Shown here piece by piece: positions 16,749-24,000 of a stretch of DNA of 24,000 nt. This stretch comes from Psychromonas hadalis ATCC BAA-638 (GTDB lineage Bacteria; Pseudomonadota; Gammaproteobacteria; Enterobacterales; Psychromonadaceae), in the NCBI RefSeq assembly GCF_000420245.1, contig NZ_ATUO01000047.1, forward strand, positions 1 to 24,000, read 5' to 3'. How positions within the stretch are numbered: the stretch's first letter is position 1; each line of letters begins with the position of its first letter. A model generated the notes under the pieces. That model saw nothing but the letters and a program-made list of their open reading frames with translations, ran no database searches and was not told the DNA's origin. Position numbers and translations under genes: made by a program.

Positions 16749-18287
16749 ATGTTAGATATCAATATTCAAGCCGTTTTACAGAATTTATATAATAAACAGC
16801 AGCATTATGGCAGTGTCTATATTGGCCAACAAACGTTATATAGCAAACAAAATATTGATGTTATATGTCCAATTGATGGCAAGAAAATAGCCTCCATTGG
16901 TCTCTCAACGGCGGTGCAAATTGAGCAAGTAGTGGCTGAGTCGCAATCTGCATTTAAACAGTGGGAAGTCGTTCCTGCGCCACAGCGAGGGGAACTGATC
17001 AGGCAATTTTCAGTGCTGGTGCGCAACCATAAAACAGACCTCGCCAAGATGATTAGTTTAGAGGCAGGCAAACCCATCCAAGAAAGCCTTGGTGAAGTGC
17101 AAGAATTAATTGATGTGTGTGATTTTGCCGTGGGTTTATCACGCCAGTTATATGGGTTAACCATTGCAACTGAACGTCCAAACCATCGTATGATGGAACA
17201 ATGGCACCCACTTGGTCCGATTGTTGTGATCAGCGCTTTTAACTTCCCGATGGCAGTATGGGGTTGGAATGTTGCACTCGCCTTAGTGTGTGGTAACAGT
17301 GTTATTTGGAAACCTTCATGCCAATGTCCGTTATCAGCACTGGCTTGTCAGCAATTATTAGTACAAGCACTGACCGCATTAAACTATAACCCTGCGATAT
17401 CCAGTATCGTGTTTGCGCAGCAACAGGGGGTAGAGCAGTTGGTTGATAATAAAAAAATCAAACTGGTATCGGCTACTGGGTCGTGCCAAATGGGTCGTGC
17501 AATAGGCATACGAGTGGCTGCAAGAATGGGGCGGACCTTGTTGGAACTTGGTGGCAATAACGCATTGATTGTTTGTCCTAGTGCTAATTTATCATTAGCG
17601 ATTCGGGCTATTACCTTTTCTGCGTTAGGTACGAGTGGGCAACGCTGTACAAGTTTACGCCGATTATTTATTCATCAGAGTTTGCATGCAAATATTATCG
17701 AGCAATTAAAAACCGTTTACCAAACAGTAAAAATTGGCGACCCCTTCAACCCAGAAAACCTAATGGGGCCGTTAGTTAATCAAGTTGCCGTGGACACAAT
17801 GTTAACGAGTATAGAGCAAGCTATTGCAGAGGGGGGAAAAGTGATTTGTGGCGGTGAAATAATAACTAAAGCCGATAGTGGCTTTTATATAAGACCTGCT
17901 ATTGTACAGATTTCAAGTGATGCAAGCATTGTACAACAAGAAACCTTCGCACCCCTATTATACGTGCATAGCTTTGACTTATTAGAAGAGGCGATCAGCG
18001 CACAAAACAGTGTTTCTCAGGGGTTATCCTCTGCAATTTTTACAGAAAACCTGCAAGAATCTGAGCTATTCCTGAGCTGTATAGGCTCTGATTGTGGTAT
18101 CGCAAATGTCAATATTGGTACCTCTGGCGCAGAGATAGGTGGGGCTTTCGGTGGTGAAAAGGACACCGGTGGCGGACGTGAAAGTGGCAGTGATGCATGG
18201 AAAAACTACATGCGCCGAGTCACTAATACCATTAATTATGGCAATGACTTACCACTTGCACAGGGCATTAGTTTTGACATGCCATAA
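16749..18287 (+). CDS. ALDH7-type aldehyde dehydrogenase (alpha-aminoadipate semialdehyde / piperideine-6-carboxylate dehydrogenase-like)
   Basis: Start refined to ATG 16749 (SD aaggtg 16738-16743, 5-nt spacer), giving 512 aa. EAGKPIQESLGEVQELIDVCDFAVGLSRQLYG matches the antiquitin/ALDH7 signature I recall. Catalytic ELGGNNA and GQRCTS are present. Confidence 0.85.
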   Translation: MLDINIQAVLQNLYNKQQHYGSVYIGQQTLYSKQNIDVICPIDGKKIASIGLSTAVQIEQVVAESQSAFKQWEVVPAPQRGELIRQFSVLVRNHKTDLAKMISLEAGKPIQESLGEVQELIDVCDFAVGLSRQLYGLTIATERPNHRMMEQWHPLGPIVVISAFNFPMAVWGWNVALALVCGNSVIWKPSCQCPLSALACQQLLVQALTALNYNPAISSIVFAQQQGVEQLVDNKKIKLVSATGSCQMGRAIGIRVAARMGRTLLELGGNNALIVCPSANLSLAIRAITFSALGTSGQRCTSLRRLFIHQSLHANIIEQLKTVYQTVKIGDPFNPENLMGPLVNQVAVDTMLTSIEQAIAEGGKVICGGEIITKADSGFYIRPAIVQISSDASIVQQETFAPLLYVHSFDLLEEAISAQNSVSQGLSSAIFTENLQESELFLSCIGSDCGIANVNIGTSGAEIGGAFGGEKDTGGGRESGSDAWKNYMRRVTNTINYGNDLPLAQGISFDMP

Positions 18288-18296
18288 GAGAGATTT

Positions 18297-18450
18297 GGCC
18301 CTTTCATAGATTAATTACGTTAATCCTCTAGCGGTAGAATTAAATTAAAGATTTTAATTCTTTAATTGTTGTTCCCTTTACGAAACTTATAACGAAGAAG
18401 TAAGTTATTTTAACCCGTAAAATAGACCCGCTATTTATTCCGATTGCTAT
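18297..18450 (-). repeat. Family-B MITE-like element, copy B4 (about 154 bp, truncated), inverted relative to B3
   Basis: The reverse complement begins atagcaatcggaataaatagc... (compare B3 ataccaatcaggataaatagc...) and continues ...ttcgtaaagggaacaacaattaaagaattaaaatc...agaggattaacgtaattaatc. It abuts the ALDH stop codon by about 10 nt and lacks the last 70 bp or so of B3. Confidence 0.7.
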
Positions 18451-18703
18451 TAATAGTTACCCATGAATGTCGTCAAAGGTAATCGATAATAAATCTGATA
18501 TCTACTTATTATAACAATCTAATTATTTTGTGAATAATCTCGTCATCTTTTTTTGTTGTAAATCATCATTTCCTCTAAAATTAGAGCATTAGCAAATAAA
18601 ACCAACCACAAAGTGCTACTGTTAATCTCATCATTTTTATGTCTTTATATAGTCTAGAAACATAAAATAATGACACATAACGATTAGAGGCGCAAAGGTA
18701 ACC

Positions 18704-20494
18704 ATGTCAGCCAATTTCTATAATAAAAATGCCGATCAACTCGCCGAGATGTACCTATCAAAAACATTTGAGCAGATTCATCAGCCTTGGCTTGAATACT
18801 TAATACCTGTGTTAAATAAACCCAATGCGCGAATTTTAGATTTAGGTGCGGGCTCAGGGCGAGATAGCAAATATTTAGCAGAGCAAGGCACGGCTAACAA
18901 TATTCATGTTACCGCAGTAGAGCCCGCACAAATGTTGGCTAATCTAGGCAAAAAACACACCCAAGGCCTAAACGTAACTTGGCTACAAGACACACTTCCT
19001 GATTTAACGACCGTGACCAAACAAGAGGTCAGTTATGACTTGATACTACTCAGCGCCGTGTGGATGCATATCCCCGACTCGCAACGTCAACGCTCATTAC
19101 GCAAATTGGCCAATCTACTCAAACCCGGTGGCAAACTGGTTATCTCACTACGCCATGGCCCAAGTGGTGATGAATTCAGTAATGTGCCACGCCGCATGTT
19201 TGCTGTGTGTAGTGATCAACTTATTCAGATGGGTAAAACATTTGGGCTATCAGTTTTATTAGAAACAGAGCTAAATGCAGATGTTCTCGGCAGGACAGAA
19301 ATAACATGGCAAACCGTGGTGTTGCAACTGCCAGATGATGGCAGTGGTGCATTCCCCTTTATCCGCCATGTTGCACTTAACGATGGTAAATCAGCAACCC
19401 ATAAATTGGCTTTAATGCGTGTTTTATTACGTATCGCAGATGGTCATCCCGGTGCGGTTATTCGCCGAGAAGATAATCGTGTGATATTGCCTGTTGGGCT
19501 GGTGGCTTTATACTGGGCACATCAATACAAAGACTTAATTGACAAACATCAGCTGTTTCAAAGCCCCAATAAAAACATCAATATGGGATTTATGAAAGCG
19601 AACGGTTGGCATCAATTAACTCAGCTACAAGCCTCTGATTATCGTATAGGAAACTTGTTTAGTGGTGATAATGCAAAAGCGATGTTTAAGATGCTTTCAG
19701 CCAGTGTCAGTAATATTAAAAACATGCCCTGTAAATTTATCACCTACCCGAACAGTGAAAAGAGCGTGTTTGAAGTGCACAGTAAAACCGTTCGCGCTAA
19801 AGACAGTTTATTTTTAGATCTCACTAGCTTAAATGCCTGGGGTGAGTTTTCAATACCGGAGCATTTATGGATTGCTTTTAGTCGCTACGCTTGTTGGATT
19901 GAACCAGTGTTAATTTCTGAATGGGTGAAAACCATGGCCGGTTATCAGGGTAACAAACAATACCAAGCACCCGAACAACAGCATAAATTATACACTGCGT
20001 TAAATTGGTTAGAAGCCAAACGCAGTACCACTGAGGTACGCAATCGTTTTGATAATTTACAAAAAGTAAAAGGTAATCAGCATAACTGCGTGTGGACAGA
20101 TAAAAGCTTAAAACAACAATACGCGATAGATCACTGCATGCCCTTTGCGCGTTGGCCTAATAATGACCTATGGAATTTATTACCCAGTGATGTGACGGTG
20201 AATGGTCAAAAAAGTGATCACTTGCCAACAGAATTAAAAATGAAAAATGCCAAACAGCGTATTACCGATTGGTGGTCAGATGCATGGCTGAATGAGGCCA
20301 ATGAAAGCTGCCTTGATATAAAGAAGGAGAGCCTTCAGCCCAAGGTAAGCAGCCACAGTCAACGTTTCTTTGCGGAGGCGAATATTGCCTTGCCCGGTTT
20401 AGATTCAAGTAACCATTCTGTTGATGATTTGTTTGAAGCGCTGCTATTACAAAGAGGGCGTTTGAAAGAGATGCAACAGTTGAGGGAATGGTGA
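18704..20494 (+). CDS. Three-part protein: N-terminal class I SAM methyltransferase, unrecognised middle region of about 250 aa, C-terminal HNH nuclease
   Basis: 596 aa. MTase motif I ILDLGAGSGRD (aa 44-54), VTAVEP, YDLILLSAVWMHIP, LKPGGKLVISL. HNH signature at aa 462-506: CVWTDKSLKQQYAIDHCMPFARWPNNDLWNLLPSDVTVNGQKSDH (nt 20087-20221). SD aaagg lies 5 nt before the ATG. Confidence 0.75.
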   Translation: MSANFYNKNADQLAEMYLSKTFEQIHQPWLEYLIPVLNKPNARILDLGAGSGRDSKYLAEQGTANNIHVTAVEPAQMLANLGKKHTQGLNVTWLQDTLPDLTTVTKQEVSYDLILLSAVWMHIPDSQRQRSLRKLANLLKPGGKLVISLRHGPSGDEFSNVPRRMFAVCSDQLIQMGKTFGLSVLLETELNADVLGRTEITWQTVVLQLPDDGSGAFPFIRHVALNDGKSATHKLALMRVLLRIADGHPGAVIRREDNRVILPVGLVALYWAHQYKDLIDKHQLFQSPNKNINMGFMKANGWHQLTQLQASDYRIGNLFSGDNAKAMFKMLSASVSNIKNMPCKFITYPNSEKSVFEVHSKTVRAKDSLFLDLTSLNAWGEFSIPEHLWIAFSRYACWIEPVLISEWVKTMAGYQGNKQYQAPEQQHKLYTALNWLEAKRSTTEVRNRFDNLQKVKGNQHNCVWTDKSLKQQYAIDHCMPFARWPNNDLWNLLPSDVTVNGQKSDHLPTELKMKNAKQRITDWWSDAWLNEANESCLDIKKESLQPKVSSHSQRFFAEANIALPGLDSSNHSVDDLFEALLLQRGRLKEMQQLREW

Positions 20495-20666
20495 AGAACA
20501 AGTGTAATAATGTGTAATCGTAAGTTGATGGGGTTTTCTGTAATATATTTCGGTTAACTTTATGATTTTAAAAGATGTAAGGTATAGATGTCCTTTTTTT
20601 CCTATTTTAAAACCTTTCTATTAGTGTTTTCGGTGACGTTTATAATTTTAATGGAATTAAACAATT

Positions 20667-21695
20667 ATGAGTAAATATTTTAATTCAGACTCAATAATAA
20701 CAGAGCATATTTCAGAGGCTCAGTTGAAAGCTTACTTTGTAGGGTTTGATTTTGGCGTTTTTCGTTATGAAGCTTTAACTAATAAGATAATGGAAGCGAT
20801 TGTTGATTTTGCTTTTGGTTGCCATGAAGGGATATTAAGTACGTATAAATTAGCCGAGTTGAGAGACGCTGCCCAGTTAATATATAAAATTGAAGAATAT
20901 GATCCTAATAATAAAAATCACCTCAAAAAAGGGAACATACCTTATAAAAATGCCGAAGAATTTAAAGAGTCAAGGTATTACAACCGGGGGGAGTTTGGGG
21001 AGCTTATTTTACACCTTATTCTTAGAGATTTTATGGAGACGACTCCTTTACTATCAAAAATATTTATGAAAGATTCTACTGGAATTACAGTAAAAGGCTT
21101 AGATGCCGTTCATATTGGTCGCGATCTCTCCGACCCAACAAAGAAGTCATTGTATTTAGGCGAATCCAAATTACATAGAACAGGAGAAACTGGTGTCAAA
21201 GAGCTTTTAAAGGATGTCAAAGAGCATTTTAACCGTAATTTTTTAAAAGGAGAGTTTCTCTTAATCGGAAATAAAAAAAACAATTTTTTGCCAATAGATG
21301 AATACAAAGATAAAAATACTATTGATGACTATAAAGAGTTTATAAAGGAAAAAAATTACTGGTATAACAAGTTAAAAGCGGTTCAAAAAGGAGAAGAAAA
21401 ATTACAGGATATTTTTTCTTCTGTGACAATACCAATGATTTGCACTTATACATCCGCTCTCTTTGAAACACATACAGACGAAAGTACAGATGAATTTAAA
21501 AGTGAATTCAAAAAAGAGATCGAATCTTTACAGAAAAAATTTCAAGACGGTGTTGAGTTAATTAAACAAAATGCTACGGTAGGTGAGCCAATTGCAACAG
21601 ACTTAAATATCATTTTAATGTTGTTTCCAATTCCGGATAAAAAAATTCTAGTGAAAAAATTACACGAAAAATTATCTCATCAGCAAAGGGCTTAA
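20667..21695 (+). CDS. hamA: HamA-like (DUF1837-type) PD-(D/E)xK nuclease effector of a Hachiman-type defence system
   Basis: 342 aa. GEFGELILHL (E109/E112), GLDAVHI (D146) and LGESKLH (E166-x-K168) give a D...ExK nuclease arrangement. It lies immediately upstream of an SF2 helicase (1-nt gap). Low-GC, K/N/I/F-rich composition. Confidence 0.7.
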   Translation: MSKYFNSDSIITEHISEAQLKAYFVGFDFGVFRYEALTNKIMEAIVDFAFGCHEGILSTYKLAELRDAAQLIYKIEEYDPNNKNHLKKGNIPYKNAEEFKESRYYNRGEFGELILHLILRDFMETTPLLSKIFMKDSTGITVKGLDAVHIGRDLSDPTKKSLYLGESKLHRTGETGVKELLKDVKEHFNRNFLKGEFLLIGNKKNNFLPIDEYKDKNTIDDYKEFIKEKNYWYNKLKAVQKGEEKLQDIFSSVTIPMICTYTSALFETHTDESTDEFKSEFKKEIESLQKKFQDGVELIKQNATVGEPIATDLNIILMLFPIPDKKILVKKLHEKLSHQQRA

Positions 21696-21696
21696 A

Positions 21697-23958
21697 ATGG
21701 ATTTTGACAAGATAATAGAAAGACTTTTAAAAGACGAAGCACTTTCTTTTAATGAAAGCTTTTTAATTGCAAGTACTTGCTCTATCTATTTGGACGATAA
21801 AAATTCTGAAAATGATGGACGTCGTATTATCATAAATATACTAGAGCAATTAAAAAAAATACCTTTAGAGACTTATGAAATATGGACTGATTTGATTGAA
21901 ATTGCAGGATTTTATCCATATTTAGAAAAAGAAAAGAAGCATTTAAAGCTAACTAGTATTCCAGCAAGAGTTAGAAAGGCATATCATATTTCTAACAATT
22001 TAGAAGGAATGTATTTTCAAGAAGAACAAAAATATCTTTTAGATTTATTGAGTAAAGACAAAAATGTAGTTGTAAGTGCACCAACTAGTTTTGGAAAGAG
22101 TTTGTTGATTGAAGAGATTGTCGCTTCTAAAAAATACAAAAATATAGTCATTATTCAACCAACCCTTGCATTATTGGATGAAACTCGACGTAAATTACTT
22201 AAATATAAAGATAGTTATAAAATCATTGTCCGCACATCGCAAGAGCCGTCTCCAGACAAAGGCAATCTGTTTTTATTAACAGCAGAAAGAGTGTATGAGT
22301 ACCTTGAATTTCCACATATCGACTTCTTAATTATCGATGAGTTTTATAAGTTAAGTGGAAAACGAAAAGATCCACGTGCAGATGTGTTGAATAGCTCGTT
22401 TTATAAACTTTACAATAAATTTAAATGTAGATTTTATCTCCTTGGTCCTAACATTGACGGAATCTCAGATGGTTTTGAAAAGCAATACAATGCAATTTTT
22501 TTTAAAACTGATTATAGCCTTGTTGATTGTGTCGTTAAGGACATTTTTAATTCCAAAGGAATCCCTTATATAGGTAAGGCCAAAAGAGAAAAATTATTTG
22601 AATTGTTAATAAGTAAACTCGACGAGCAAACAATTATTTTCTGCGCATCACCAGATGGTGCATTAAAATTGTCTATTGAGTTCATGTTGTTTTTAGAACA
22701 TAAAAATATGAAATTCAATGAGGTAGATGTTCCGCTTACTGAGTGGCTTTATGAAAATATTTCTAAAGAATGGGGGTATATTCCATTATTGAAGAATGGA
22801 ATAGGCGTTCATGTGGGGTCATTACCAAAACATATAACGTCATCAGTAATCGATTACTTTAATTCTGGTAAATTAAAGTTTTTATTTTGTACAACAACAA
22901 TTATTGAAGGTGTCAACACGAGTGCAAAAAATATGGTTTTTTTTGATAATAAAAAAGGAAAAAACATAAAAATTGATTACTTTGATTATGCAAATATAAA
23001 GGGTCGTTCTGGAAGGTTAATGATTCATTATACAGGCAATATGTATAATTTTAATCTAGTTCCCGAGAAAACAAATCTTGTCATAGATATCCCATTTTTT
23101 GATCAGAAATCAATTACAGCAGAAGTGCTAATTAATCTTAAAAAAGAAGATGTTATAGACAAAGAAACCGACACCTATAAATTTCTCGAATCATTGTCAA
23201 TACAAGAGCGCGAATTATATGCAAAGAACTCGATGCCGATTCATGGGCAGAAAGCCCTCTTTGATTATTTAAAAGAAAATTATATTGAAAATTCAAGCTT
23301 ATTTAATTGGACTTCATTACCTACCTACGAACAGTTAAATTTTGTTTTAGATAAGTCTTGGGAGTTTTTAAAGGCAGATGAGGAAAGGCTAGATCCCATT
23401 CTCTCAGCAAATCAATTATGTAGAAGTACGAACAATTTTGTAAGGAATCAAAAAACATTAAAAGGGATAATATTAGCAAACATTAGTGAGCATAAAGTAA
23501 ATAGAGGTGAAATTCAAAAGCATCTTAAAGATGGAAATTATGAAATTTCTAAATGGTTACGGGGCAAGCCAAAATCATATGGATGTATGAGTGATAATGA
23601 ATTAATTCACCTTTCTATCAATGATGCTCTTAAATTAAAAAAGAATGTTTTTGAATATAAATTACCCAAATGGTTGAAAACGTTTAATTCAATACAAGAA
23701 GCTGTTTGCAAGCATTTTGGAGATAAAGCTGGAAATTATCTTCATTACGCGAATATTATAGAAAATGACTTTATGCAAGAAAATTTAGCAATACTAGCTG
23801 AGTTTGGAATACCAAGTAGTGCAATTAGTAAATTGCAAAAGTATATACCAGACAATATGAATGAAGATGAGATATTAGGTTTTATTAGCTCTAGAGGTCT
23901 ATTGAATAAAGCAAATCTTATTAACTATGAAAAAGTAAAAGTAGAGGAGAATCTTTAG
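21697..23958 (+). CDS. hamB: HamB-like superfamily-2 helicase of a Hachiman-type defence system
   Basis: 753 aa. Walker A SAPTSFGKS (K134), motif Ia IIQPTLAL, Walker B/DExx LIIDEFY (D214-E215), motif V TTTIIEGVNT, motif VI NIKGRSGR. About 280 aa of C-terminal extension. The ATG lies 1 nt after the hamA stop. Confidence 0.75.
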   Translation: MDFDKIIERLLKDEALSFNESFLIASTCSIYLDDKNSENDGRRIIINILEQLKKIPLETYEIWTDLIEIAGFYPYLEKEKKHLKLTSIPARVRKAYHISNNLEGMYFQEEQKYLLDLLSKDKNVVVSAPTSFGKSLLIEEIVASKKYKNIVIIQPTLALLDETRRKLLKYKDSYKIIVRTSQEPSPDKGNLFLLTAERVYEYLEFPHIDFLIIDEFYKLSGKRKDPRADVLNSSFYKLYNKFKCRFYLLGPNIDGISDGFEKQYNAIFFKTDYSLVDCVVKDIFNSKGIPYIGKAKREKLFELLISKLDEQTIIFCASPDGALKLSIEFMLFLEHKNMKFNEVDVPLTEWLYENISKEWGYIPLLKNGIGVHVGSLPKHITSSVIDYFNSGKLKFLFCTTTIIEGVNTSAKNMVFFDNKKGKNIKIDYFDYANIKGRSGRLMIHYTGNMYNFNLVPEKTNLVIDIPFFDQKSITAEVLINLKKEDVIDKETDTYKFLESLSIQERELYAKNSMPIHGQKALFDYLKENYIENSSLFNWTSLPTYEQLNFVLDKSWEFLKADEERLDPILSANQLCRSTNNFVRNQKTLKGIILANISEHKVNRGEIQKHLKDGNYEISKWLRGKPKSYGCMSDNELIHLSINDALKLKKNVFEYKLPKWLKTFNSIQEAVCKHFGDKAGNYLHYANIIENDFMQENLAILAEFGIPSSAISKLQKYIPDNMNEDEILGFISSRGLLNKANLINYEKVKVEENL

Positions 23959-24000
23959 TTTTCTAACCCCACATTGAAACAACTTAAATTAAGGATAAAT

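Noticed and set aside
16817-17164. 115-aa ORF antisense to the aldehyde dehydrogenase gene
   Set aside because: Shadow ORF. The sense strand carries unmistakable ALDH motifs.
20262-21307. ORFs 20262-20501 (-) and 21110-21307 (-) antisense to the MTase-HNH and hamA genes
   Set aside because: Shadow ORFs with no supporting signals.
1-24000. Search for CRISPR arrays, rRNA genes, tRNA genes and integrase or att sites flanking the Hachiman insertion
   Set aside because: No regularly spaced direct repeats and no rRNA- or tRNA-like sequences were found. Only a 7-nt inverted match (tggggtt) links 20495-20666 with 23959-24000, which is at chance level. The right island boundary lies outside the window.

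Overview
Chromosomal segment of an AT-rich, marine-type gammaproteobacterium. The proteins look Alteromonadales/Colwellia-like, but the taxon is inference only. All calls come from reading the ORF track and recognising motifs from memory; no searches were run.

Positions 1-18.3 kb carry ordinary accessory and housekeeping genes:
- a DsbA-like thioredoxin-fold protein
- a YghU-type glutathione transferase
- a small class I SAM methyltransferase
- an HD-GYP c-di-GMP phosphodiesterase
- an orphan periplasmic sugar-binding protein
- a HAD-IIA hydrolase
- a LysR regulator
- the orphan glycyl-radical pair yjjI-yjjW
- a tightly coupled three-gene operon, short DUF1338 (HglS-like), saccharopine-dehydrogenase-family protein and ALDH7-type aminoadipate-semialdehyde dehydrogenase, that looks like a lysine-catabolic module

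The intergenic regions are long and packed with short repeats:
- a MITE-like family with ATACCAATC termini (4 copies). One copy sits inside a decayed LysR gene, and two inverted copies bracket the lysine operon
- a roughly 45-nt promoter-like motif (4 copies)
- a 256-bp nested palindromic element
- a 470-bp inverted-repeat-bounded structured element
- a 432-bp internally deleted IS66-family element with perfect 14-bp terminal inverted repeats

The right end (18.5-24 kb) looks like a defence island. It holds a 596-aa three-part protein: a non-DNA-type SAM methyltransferase, an unrecognised roughly 250-aa middle region, and an HNH nuclease. Directly downstream lies a visibly lower-GC, translationally coupled pair that matches the Hachiman architecture (HamA D..ExK nuclease plus HamB SF2 helicase). 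The methyltransferase-HNH fusion is the best candidate for something undescribed. No rRNA, tRNA or CRISPR array was seen.
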